Part shown: positions 23,001 to 33,528 of the stretch, piece by piece
Position numbering within the stretch: the first letter of the stretch is position 1
Layout: each line of letters begins with the position of its first letter
Assembly (NCBI GenBank): GCA_009103225.1
Contig: RHPI01001946.1
Location: forward strand, 278,420 to 317,122
DNA length: 38,703 bases
Source: Chlorokybus atmophyticus
Taxonomy: Eukaryota > Plantae > Mesostigma and Chlorokybus algae
Reading direction: 5' to 3'
The notes under the pieces: model-generated
The model's input: the letters and a program-made list of their open reading frames with translations, nothing else
What the model was told of the DNA's origin: nothing
Database searches by the model: none
Translations under genes and position numbers: made by a program

Positions 23001-25046
23001 CCAGCAAGTGAGTGGGCAATCACACAAGTATACACAACATTTACCAGCGGGTGCTTGTGGTGGGAGGCCGATGGCTGTGATTCCACAGATGCTTGGCACG
23101 GGAACAGTGTTGGCTGTGTTCGAGCCCTGCAACGGGATGTTGATGCTTGCAGCTACGGGTCCAATGCTGAACGCGCCGGGAAGAGTGAGCGTGTACGTCA
23201 CCATAATCTGCGTGTTGGTGTCAAAGGCAAAGTTCCACACAAAGAAGGTCTTGCCATCTATCTTTGATATCTGCGCGGTGTGGCCGGTGCCAGTGGGTCC
23301 CCACTGTATGGCACTGATATCGGTGTCCCAGACCACGTTGTTATCGGGTAGCTGGACTTGAAATCCTGTCGAGGGTGCGTTGGATATTGCCCCCTGGCGC
23401 TTGAGGTTGTACACAAAGGTGGTCGTGCCGCGGATATCAGGGTAGTAGCTGAAATCCAGCCAGAAGCCCTGTGTTCCCGCATCAAAGTTGGCATTGCATC
23501 CGTCGCACGGGTCCGTCGATATCACCGGGGCACCTGTCCCACAACCAGCGATGCCGCAGAGACCTGAGGCCCTAACGACAGCACCGGTAGCTGCACCCAA
23601 ATCGACCTCGGCCGCGACGGGACCCGTGTAGAACACTTGTAAAGGAGCCACATAAGGCCCAACATCGGCCGCGACAGGGAGCTGCAGGGAGTAGACTACA
23701 GTCAGAGTGTTGACGTCGGTGTAATCGGAGTCCCACTGGAAGAAGCGCACGCCGTTGAGTTGGGTTATCTGTGCGGGTCCAGGCGGGGAGTACGCTATAG
23801 CTGATACGGGACCAGCGATGCAGTCGGGCAAAGGGACACGGAAAGCCGATATCGCCTGCGCACCTGAGGACCGAGTCACCGTCCACGAGAACAATGCCGC
23901 TGTCCCGCCAGCAGCCGAACCCCGCGTGAAGGACACCTTCATCCCCGTACCGACGTCCGTGTACGCTGCAGTGCAACCCGCATCTGACACAGACAATCAA
24001 CTCAACTTCATCAGCCCCATGCAAGTTATTGATGTAGCGATCGAGTTTGAAAATATGGTTGCAAGGTTTCAACTGAATGCTAGATGTTGAGGACTGCCTC
24101 AATAATTGCTCCATCCTGTATTGAGTATGCAATTGACTCAGAAAGCGACTAAGGCGAATGTATCAACCTTCCAAAGACCTACTGATGGACTCAACCAGCT
24201 TCTGAACAAATAAAGGGACCATACGAATGATCAACCGATCCATTACTTTAGGCACTGACATGATGAGTACTGGAGTTCAGAAAGTGGTATCAACACGTGC
24301 ATGATCGATCAACAGTGTACCTTGCAGCAGTGCTCTTCCTCCTACGTGCACTCCCCTCCCCTCGTCTTCTCTCACCACAGGTATCTCCTCCGGCACGTCG
24401 ACGGGGAACTCCGCGTCGAAGGTGGTGTAGACCGCGTCGATGGGGATGCCGGCCAGCAGCTGCGGGGGGCCCTGCAGAGGGACGGAGGAGGCGAGGGAGG
24501 TGAAGAGGGCGAGGAAGAGGAGGAAGGAGGACGAGAGCCAGGAAGAAACACCTGTGGATGTAAAGGCGAGGGACTTGTGTGAGTGTGGGTGGGTGAGTGC
24601 ATATATGCGATGGGTGTGCGTTGCAACAACCACTGTGGCGGCTGGTTTCAACTTGACACGCAGTGTGTGTGAGCGCGTTGTGAGGTTGAGTGTGTGTGGT
24701 CGTGATGTATAGATACACGCAGCCGAAGGCCATTGCATGGACTTGCGTGTGTGCGTGCGTGCATACACACATGCACACGCGTGCACATACACATACGAGC
24801 TTGCCGGGTATTGATGCAATGTGCACAGGTGTATCGCAGCAGCAAAACAATGGTGAACAACCACATCGAACGCTGCAGGGCGTTGTCGAACAGCAATCAG
24901 ACAACATATGACGTGTGCTCGCAGGTTTGGTGCTCTGATCTGCGTTACAGATCAGCGATGAGCGATCTAAGCGGGGGATGGTGATTGATTGTGCACTTAC
25001 TCTGAGATCTGGGCCGCCTTGAGGGGCGGCCCCTGGAGGTAGCCAT
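14052..25046 (-). CDS. Gene C: giant modular type I membrane adhesion/receptor-like protein with TSP1 and EGF domains (~2775 aa)
   Basis: 13 exons, all phases consistent: 25046-25001, 24551-24321, 23983-23045, 22770-20822, 20667-19576, 19444-18908, 18646-17650, 17562-17501, 17293-16832, 16545-15764, 15649-15563, 15440-15218, 14972-14052 (8328 nt). Signal peptide MATSRGRPSRRPRSQSVSSWLSSSFLLFLALFTSLASS; 4 ADAMTS-type TSP1 repeats (W..W..CS..CG.G.Q.R.V.C); EGF repeats (CSGHGVC...C.C..GYTG..C); TM LGIALGAGLGGALLLVLVIIGAIVGVY followed by CCRRRRR; 72-aa tail. The count includes 43 codons from a suspect insert at 19228-19356. Confidence 0.88.
15890..16885 (-). other. Four thrombospondin type-1 repeats within gene C
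   Basis: WFASDWTPCSQPCGSGVQVRTVVC, YSSAWTECDATCDGGTQYRTVLC, WRTTAWSNCTKVCGGGTQTRTVEC, WNVGSWGPCSRTCGGGFAARQVTC. Confidence 0.9.
19229..19356 (+). repeat. 128-bp exact direct duplicate of 25290-25417, inserted between poly-G runs next to an N
   Basis: The sequence gttaacatctgg...gggtatctgg is identical at both positions; the only N in the window is at 19228. Confidence 0.9.
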
Positions 25047-25289
25047 TGAGGTGCGGCTACACCTCCGCCCACACCGCCACCGCCGCCGCCGCCGCCGCCG
25101 CTAAGGGGAGAGGAGGTTGTCCTCAGTAACAAATAAAAAACCGTCACGTGAGCCCTCGTCGGTTATTTATCATGCAATCCGGATCGTGCAGTTTCCTCGA
25201 AACAGGTTCAATCAGTGGAGGGTTGTGCGAACCGGGTCTGCAACTCGTTGACGTCGCAACGTGAACATCTCACGGTGACCAGCTGGCAG

Positions 25290-25417
25290 GTTAACATCTG
25301 GACGGCCATCGTTGCCTGAGGGTTGTGCCGGTCTGTGTTTTTGGACATGAATGGTGAGGCCGGTGGATTGGTAGCAGAAATGGCTGATGTAATCACGGAA
25401 ACGGCTTGGGTATCTGG
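25290..25417 (+). repeat. Second (intergenic) copy of the 128-bp duplicate
   Basis: Identical to 19229-19356; lies upstream of gene C in the divergent gene C/ZML interval. Confidence 0.9.
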
Positions 25418-25976
25418 TGCTGCACGACTTGTGCCTATCCTGCCTTGGCATGCGCTGCGCTGACCGGTCGCGTCGATCCAACGGCCACACAACTAACGCA
25501 TGTTCGATAGCTGCTCCACGTCGACAGGGCAAGAACCAGTCCAAACGCACTCGCTAACCGGCGATATTGAACCCCTACAGGTCATGGATGCATGATAGTG
25601 CCTGAGCAATTTCGCAATGTCCGACGCGTGTCGACTGTATTCAACGGTGAGCTGTTAGGGCACAACGTTAGCAGCCAAGTTGGCTTTGGTTCGTTCGTTG
25701 CAACGTGCTCCTTGGCGGCGAGGTGGTTGTGGGCATTGGCGGTCATGTGGGCCACGCCAGGGAGGGTTTGCCGGCCCGGGCGGCGCAGTCGAGCTTGTCT
25801 TTGCGAGCGTGCGGCTACTTCTGGACGGAGTGAACGAGCTTGCTGGAGACCTGTAAAGGAGTGCTGCACAAACAAGAAGGGTTGAGGCGCCGGCAGGCGG
25901 CGAGGGCGGTGGCGACGTGGGCGAGGGAGTCGGGGAGGTTCAGCAAGTAGTCAGCGCTGGCGTGTGCACGCAGCGC

Positions 25977-27770
25977 ATGGCGGAACTCGGGGAGGAGTCC
26001 GGGGTCGTGGACGGAGCTGCCGCAGCGGCTGCGGTCCGGGCGGCGGCAATAGCTGTGGGAGGCAGGCCGGCGGGGGACGGGGAGGAGGACCATGACGGCC
26101 GCCATATCGGCACGGCACAGCAGCTGCAGCTCTCTTACCAGGGAGACGTTTTTACTTTTGACACCGTCCCGGCTGAGAAGGTGCGTTTAGGACATGCCCG
26201 CAGGCAACATATTTTGCATTTATGCAAGGAACTTCTGCTTGATGACGTTGATACGACATTGGCTATCTTGACGAAAGCGTTAGGCACAGGGTTGCAATGA
26301 AGATGCGCTGCAGCATCATTATTTGGTGTTTCTGACAAGGCGCACCTACTCTAGTAATATGTAATGTTTGCTCGTATACACTCTCATTATGCTCTTGCAA
26401 GTTACGACAGCTTGAAAGCTTGCACAGCCGCTTAGCATGTAGTGACTGGCCTTATACACTCTCATTGTGCTGTCGATATTAACAATCGTGTAAAAGATTA
26501 ACAGCTTGCACATCAGCTTAGCCACATGCAAAAGTCCGAAATTAAGTTAAGCATCGCAGTCTTGCTTGCAATGGTACCAAACGGCAGCACAACCTTTCAT
26601 GGCAGCCGTACATTGCTGTCGTGAGACATAAAAGGGTTTGCTGGAATGGGTGCATTTGCTGTCACGCACTTTGGGTTCACTGGTGGTTTTTTATTTTTTT
26701 TCATTGCTTTGCTTCTGCACTGTGCTGTGTATTAGCATCCGCGGATTTACCCAATCATATGATCAGGTCCAAGCCGTGTTGTTGCTGCTTGGCAGCAGAG
26801 AAAATGCACCGCCGCCACCAATGCACACAAACATGTTAACCGCAACCGCTCCCACGCACAAGGTCCAGAAGGTAATCCAGCCGACATGGTTGTGTTTTAC
26901 ACTATGGAGCTGAAGTTTTCACATAGGTCTGTCTCACTATTAATGTTGCAACCGACCAGCAGGAGCTCCCGCGCATGAGCGTTCCCCATCGGCTAGCATC
27001 ACTGGAGAGGTTCAAAATCAAGAGGAAAGAGAGGTCTTTTGAGAAGAAGGTGCGGTATGACGTGCGAAAGGAGGTTGCACAAAGGTGAGGTTGACACCAT
27101 ACAACATGCATAATTTGGCGAAGCAGACACTGTCACTTCAGCTTTTAATCTTGTTTAGGAGTAATGTGTTTGATTGCTCATACACATATGCCGTGCAGGA
27201 TGCATCGCAACAAAGGCCAGTTTGCCTCATCTAAGGACAAGGATGCAGCAATGGCCAACCAGTACGGGCAGCCAACCACAAGCGGCGAGTCACAAACATT
27301 GATGTGAGCATTGTTTTGTCTGGGCAGCTGTAACTTTGGATCTGTATGGGTCTCATGTGCGTTGTGGGTGGCTTATAGATGCACACACTGCGGCGTTGCT
27401 GAAGGCACAACACCTATGATGAGGAGAGGGCCCAATGGTCCTAAATCGTTGTGTAATGCGTGCGGGCTTTATTGGGCAAACAAGGTATGTTGGGCATTAT
27501 TGAAGTGTGAGCACACACTGCAGTGGGTTGCACTGCTGATGGTTGCAATGCCCACAGGGCATGTTGCGGGATCTATCAAAGCATGGTTCATCCGGAAATC
27601 TGCTTCAGCAAGGACTTGAAGATCCCAGCCAGCACATGGAAGGGCTATCAGACCCAAACCAGGTATGAGTTATATGGTTCAGCTCTCGCACATAACTCTC
27701 ATGGCGCTGGATACTGATTCTTCACGCACGACCTTTGCAGTTGCAAGTAGCAATTGTGTCCTCCGAATAA
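25977..27770 (+). CDS. ZML: ZIM-like GATA transcription factor (TIFY + CCT + C-X2-C-X20-C-X2-C GATA finger), ~258 aa
   Basis: Exons 25977-26180, 26767-26871, 26963-27084, 27199-27303, 27379-27484, 27558-27662, 27741-27770 (last exon uncertain). [33 protein letters not shown]; [43 protein letters not shown]; finger [30 protein letters not shown]. Confidence 0.92.
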
Positions 27771-29799
27771 CGCTTGCAAGGATGGCAGCCCCGAGTTAAT
27801 TCGTCGCACAAGGGGCGGGGTGCCTTCTCTTTTTAAGTTGCATGTCTGTACAAGTATTGGAAGTGCGCTCCGTGCCAGGCTTGGCATGTTGGTAAGAGTG
27901 TTGCAGTGCGTAGACTGTGCGTAGGATAGGGTTATTAGCACTATTTACACAGGAGGATGGTATGTGCGGCCAATGCAAGACTGTTGGCAGTGATGCAGCA
28001 GTGCTACCCTCCGCGATCTCCATGCTAGGTTCATTGCGTCCATTGATGCTGCAATGAAGAATATATTAAGGTGACAAACCTGGTTTCATCAACCAAAGTG
28101 CATATGCAATGGTGAAGAGCATTGCACCAAAAGTGAAATATAATGCGCATATGCATGGCCCGCACGCAGAATCAGTCATCCCGCAAGCAATATCCATAGG
28201 GACCCACAATTCCTAGGCTTACAGACATTGGGGTCTACAAGCTACCTCACTCTTTCTACCACTACCACTACAACCCATCCCTAATGGTCGTGCATGCACG
28301 CATCTCAAGTGTTGGTATCATTACATTCCACAGTTGCAATTGTATATTATGGCACCATGCCCTTACATGGGTGGGCAGTCATAGCAAGCCAATGATCCAT
28401 TTAATAGTGCATCTTTGCAACTATCAGCCATGCGTCTTCTTCTCTATATGATCAAAGTAGCATATTGCATACCAGCATAAGAGTTGCTACGCATCCACAA
28501 GTAGCCCCTGATTATGAACCAAGGTGGGTGCCACCAACATGAGTAGATGCCACACTCATTGCAAGCTCCAACGCAAAGCACATGTTGAAAAGCGCATGCG
28601 ACCATATTGGGACAATGTTCTGAAGCACATGAGGTACGGCAATACTCTATTATTAACCATCTCGTTGGATGAAGGCGTTTTACACGATTAACTTCGGCAT
28701 GTGGTTAATGCTGAAAGCAATATCAGTACTTGAGACAAATTGTCATGGATTTGATCATAAATGCTTGTAGTCCTTATCAAGTTGAACTGAACGCAAGTTC
28801 GCCCACCACTATAATGTACACATGTGAAAGGTAATGATCGCAGCCTTAATCATTTCAAACTTTACGCAAGCTTACAACCATAATTAATAGTCACATCGTG
28901 CAACATATCGTCATCACTTAACAAAACACTTTACTTGTCACAATGGTAAACAGTACAGAGGATACAACTGAAAAACAAACACTTTTTGCAATTGTCGTCC
29001 ATCTATGATCCTATGCACTCAGTCATACGTTGAGGTGCTTCACTTGAGATACATTGCTCGTCATAAAAAGGGGTTGCAATTCGCAAACGAAATCCCCCAC
29101 CTGATTTCCCGTGGGGTCGTCCGCTGCTGCTCTGCCACAAGTCCCCTGCATGATGCGACGTGATGGCACAGAGCACACTGCGTTTTGTCCTGATCTGCCG
29201 CCATGCTCTTGCGCAAAGCAAAGTGTTTCACCGGAGCTCAGTCGAAGCATGCACGTGAGTCACATCCATCATGTGACTGAAAGGGATTTGGCAGGGGGGG
29301 TTTAGGTTGAAATTCTGTCATGGCGGGGAAAGGGAGGCGCTGCCAGCCCTGACTGGTGAGAGGGACGCTCTGTAGAAGCATGCCTCTCTGTCAAGCTCAA
29401 GGCTAAGTCACGGACAGGCTGAAGCTTAGGCTTAGACCTACCAAGGCGGGGAGAGCATTGCATTGCCTTGTACTAAACGTCCCTTGCCGCACTGCAAAGT
29501 CGCAAACATCGTCAACGCTGCTCCATGTAATCACTGCCAGCAGGCTCTGCGTCTGCGTGCTGGCTTGCACTATGTTGAGGGGCGCCCTTGTGCATGCATG
29601 GCCGTGTTTCGTGTTTGCACAGTCATTTGCGCACAAGTGCACCATAACGCAATGATAGGATGCGGCAGCCTTGCAACTGTAGCCGGCATGATTTTCTTTG
29701 TAGTGGTCAACGTCGAGACTGCTGATTGCGAGCTGCTTGCTGCTGCTGCTCCTCGTTCTGTCAATTCACAATGAGCATTCAATCTGAGCATTGGCGCAG

Positions 29800-30896
29800 A
29801 TGGGTACGAAGCGGAAGCGGATGGAAGCAGATTGGGTTCAGCTGGAGCGCCAGGTAAAGTAGACTGCTTGAAGGTTATTGACCCAAATTAGCAAATATCC
29901 TGAATTTCAACCACATGCTGCAAGGCACTTCGGATTGTTAACATCAGCGCAGGTCATCTGGTTGTTATACTTGTACCTAGGGCAACGTTGCCAAATGGTT
30001 TTGCAAGTAGCAACTGAGCTGATCCTGCAGCTTTGGACAGCAGTGTTCTTTCCTTGCAGGAGCAGATAACAACTATGCCGCTCTTTGTGGTCATGACCAA
30101 TGAGTTGGCCTTTACGATTCTGACGAAACGCATGCAACGCGGATGCGTGGCGGGAATTGCTGAAGTGAGCTGCACCAAGTTTGATCACCCGGCATACGTG
30201 TTGGGTAAGCTTATCTTCATTTATGCTTTGTGTGTACAATGCTGTTGTGCTTAGAGTTGGGCTACCAACGTTGCCTTTGTTGCTTGTGACTGTGCAGCAG
30301 ATTCTGGTTGGGCTTTGGGACAGCGAGTGTTTTTTGCAACAAAGCCCGTCAACGGACCCGGCTGGCGAGCAAAGCAGTCGGGTCGGGTGTATGAGTACTT
30401 CGACAATCAGCTTGAGGTGAGGCGGTTTTATGCGGCGCCAGATGGCAACGTTGCTGACAGCGCGGACCTCAAGAAATTTCAATTAAAGCAATACCGGCTT
30501 TTACTTTCCAACAACAACAGTTAGTGTCATACTGTGCCCAGCGCTTGCTGCCTCTTGAAAAATGCTGACTGTTGGAAAAGTGCTGACTGTAATTTGGATC
30601 AACAGACAGCGAGGACCCAAAGCTGTACTTTATGGTTGAAGCGGGACGTGTGCCTGACACCTCTGGTCGCTGGCAAGCATCCTGTAGCAGTATACCTGGT
30701 GAGTTCTGTGTGTATTTACGCCCGGTAGCATTATGCATGTGTCTGTGTGTGTATGTGCGCGCATGTATGCATGTGTGCGTGTAGTCCTCAATGTTATTGA
30801 TGCGCAGATGATGGTGCAGTAGCTGTGGAGGAGGACCGCACCGAATATGGGTGGGTCCAGCAATTTCTAGATGACGTGCTCGACAACAAGGCATGA
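29800..30896 (+). CDS. Gene E: unknown ~199-aa protein (possibly 5' incomplete; weak ASCH/PUA-like resemblance)
   Basis: Exons 29800-29853, 30060-30204, 30301-30519, 30606-30698, 30808-30896 join in frame with matching phases (600 nt). The ATG follows a CAG acceptor directly, so upstream exons may exist. No family recognised with confidence. Confidence 0.6.
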
Positions 30897-30898
30897 GG

Positions 30899-30989
30899 CG
30901 CGTGGTATCGACTCCAACAAGAGCAGGATCCTCATCCCGTATGATAGTCGAGATGAAGATCCTTCTCTTGTTGGACTCAATGCTACTCG
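30899..30989. ncRNA. Pre-miRNA-like fold-back hairpin
   Basis: Arms 30910-30936 and 30952-30978 pair at 24 of 27 positions, and further WC/GU pairs extend the stem to ~30899-30989. No expression evidence. Confidence 0.4.
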
Positions 30990-32089
30990 AGTAAGCTTAT
31001 AAATAAATGAATACGAGTTAGTTCATCGGCCTCGTCGATTTGTGTTATTTGTACTTGTCGTTGGATAAGTGACTCGTCGTAGGTGTATACACCCGGTATC
31101 GGCCTGTTGTATGCACTCATTCCAAACAACAGGCTGATACGGAGTGGTCCGCTGTTAGGATGGGGAGCGTACACTCCCCACACCGATACTCTATATAGCT
31201 CCTTTGTTTCGAGACTTGCGTAGACCCTCCATTTCATACACTGACAATTCAGGCACAACACTTGACACACAATTGCACACAGTCAGCACGTAACAAGACA
31301 AACATATAATAGCCAAGACAGAGCAGACATAAACAATGTATACGAACAGTGTATATGAACAGGTCTAATGCAGTGTACCAATAATAACAAATCTGGGCAC
31401 TTGCAGGGACACAGAGGTCTTGCAATGCAGGCGACGCTTTTTATAACCACGTCTGGATTGTCGAGCACCAACCAGGGCTATCACCTCCTTAAGCCACATT
31501 CTCATCTTCGCAAACCTGTTCATAACAATGGTACCAGCATGCTTCCGCGTACAGGCAGCCCTTCACTGCAATGTATTATCCACTGGCGATATTGCACCTA
31601 GATTGTGAGGACTAGAGCGGGTTGACACCTAGAACAACCAACACACCATGTTCCAAACTTGCTCCTATGTCATCAAGCAAGATCGCACTGGTGGCTCATA
31701 GCAAGCGCAGCCTGTCGTTAATGTTCCAAAGCCCCGCTGTCCATTGGCACGGGTCTCATCGGCATCTAAATGGTAAAGTAGCAGTCGGTAGTAGCCGTAA
31801 CAGGTATTTGTGAGATAGGTCAGATGATGACACGTGCAATGCGTTATGCCTTACATTTCGGCAATGCAGATACCCTCAGAAGCAACTCAACAAGATAATC
31901 ACAACGCAGCACGCCTGCAGCCTTGCTTACTTAAGTGCAAACAGAAACCAAACACTCTAATACCCTATTGTCGGGCACTATTGTCCGCCAAACCGTGAAG
32001 TGTCCTCACCTATGTACATGAAACATGCGATCACAGTCGCCACAACACACACCACGCAACCCCTGCTATGGCAGCATGATAAACCCACT

Positions 32090-33528
32090 TTACGATCCGG
32101 TTTGGAAGACCACGCAGCGGCGCGCCTGAGGGAAGTTGGCGTTGCTGTCTCCAGGGTTGAGGTTCAGCGAGCCGATCTGGACAGAAGTCAGCGGCAGCAG
32201 AATGCACTGATTGACAAAGTTCTGAACTGGTGCCTGGCTCTGCATGTAAGGACAGAGTCAGTGCATGTGCGACAGTGCTATGGATTCAGACAGAGGACGT
32301 ACTGGATGCACACAACAATACCTGGAAGACGCGCGCCTCGACTCTGTTGCTGGGCTCTATCGTAAACTGCGATGAAGGGGAGCCTGCTGTACTGGAAGAC
32401 GTGCATACGCATCAGTACAACTAACACCAAACACACCGGTCCAGTCCCAGTGCTGTTCTAAGGCAGCAAACACTGGCGTACAGTGTAATGTTTGTGAGAC
32501 TCCCGCTGATAAAGAAGAACCCTGCGCTGGCGTTAGCGGTCGTGACGGTTTGATTGGCTCCAGTCTTGACATCACTGCCGGAACAATAGTCACAATGAAC
32601 CACCAGCCAACAGCTAACGTAACCAGTGCATGTGTATGTTGTACATGTATGTTATCTGTGTCTGCTTACAAGAACTGGACTGGCCCGTCAAGTGGAGTGT
32701 CTCGCGAAGCTCCCGTCCTCAGGTCGAACACCGGTACCGCGGTAAAGCTTTGGGAGGTAACGAAGTCGCACAGCGTTGTCGCTTGCAGCCCCGATGGACA
32801 CCCTGACTGACACATGAAGTCAAGCACACTCATCATGCAACATTTGCAACCCGTAAACACAGCTAACACAGCATGGTTTCTCACTGGCGCAGGCGCAGTT
32901 GATGGTGCAGATGGTGGTGCAGGCGCAGATGTGGGTGCACCTGCCAGAGAAACCAAGACAGCACAACAATTCTGTGTACATGTACCAACATGCATTCCTT
33001 TCCGAGGACACAGCAAGTGGAGTACCTGGGGTGATGGGCTGCTGCTGCTGGTTGACGTTTACCTGGAGCACGCAAATAATGTTGGAGCCGAAGCACTGCA
33101 CGAGCGTGCCGCCGGGCAGGTTGTTGAAGTTGATCTCGTCGACTTGCACAACATTTGACTGCGAGACGGAGCTGCCCCCACCAGCATTGACATTTATTTG
33201 CGTGATCACCGCAACGTTGGATGCGCAAAGCGCCTTGTTCTGGAGCGCGCTGGCGAGGTTCAACACTTGCACCACCGACACAGTGTTGGACTGGCTGACA
33301 GTAACCTGGCCGCAGGGCGAACATGCCTGCAAGCACGCAGCAGCAAAATCAACTTGAGGCCTGAGTACACATACACATGCCGACGACAACATGGGAGAAA
33401 GAGAGTCATACCTGCAGGATGCGGCGGCTGATACCAAAGAAAGGCTCCGCATCTACAGAGGCAGCGCTGACCAGCAGGAGCAAGGACAAGATGGCCGCAG
33501 CTGCGGCGGGAGATGAACGCATCATCAT
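32090..33528 (-). CDS. Gene F: secreted protein (signal peptide, RRIL site, Q/N/V-rich domain, AP/SP linker, Cys-containing C-domain), ~307 aa
   Basis: Exons 33528-33412, 33326-33026, 32940-32885, 32806-32670, 32574-32474, 32383-32322, 32239-32090 (924 nt, phases consistent). N-terminus MMMRSSPAAAAAILSLLLLVSAASVDAEPFFGISRRILQ; stop after ...RRCVVFQTGS. Confidence 0.8.

Noticed and set aside
24797-24872. Possible alternative first exon of gene C (MWLFTIVLLLRYTCAHC..., ATG 24866, phase-1 donor)
   Set aside because: Phase-compatible only as an alternative start. The ATG at 25046 already gives a canonical signal peptide, and I have no transcript evidence.
29320-29355. MAGKGRRCQP-TGA-L followed by a good donor, read as a CxxU selenoprotein start
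   Set aside because: No thioredoxin/Rdx-like sequence follows, and the AUGA-containing candidates at 30871 and 30941 lack a proper SECIS helix II.
31175-31198. TCCCCACACCG plus TATATA as a plant snRNA USE-TATA promoter
   Set aside because: Spacing is ~6 nt instead of ~25-35 nt, and no snRNA or Sm-site sequence follows.
31162-31198. Helitron 3' end (hairpin then CTRR)
   Set aside because: The hairpin is followed by CTAT rather than CTRR, and no 5' TC end or second copy is visible.
30983-31540. Minus-strand ORFs 30983..31270 and 31283..31471 as a further gene
   Set aside because: No recognisable motif and no convincing phase-consistent model; they overlap the hairpin cluster.
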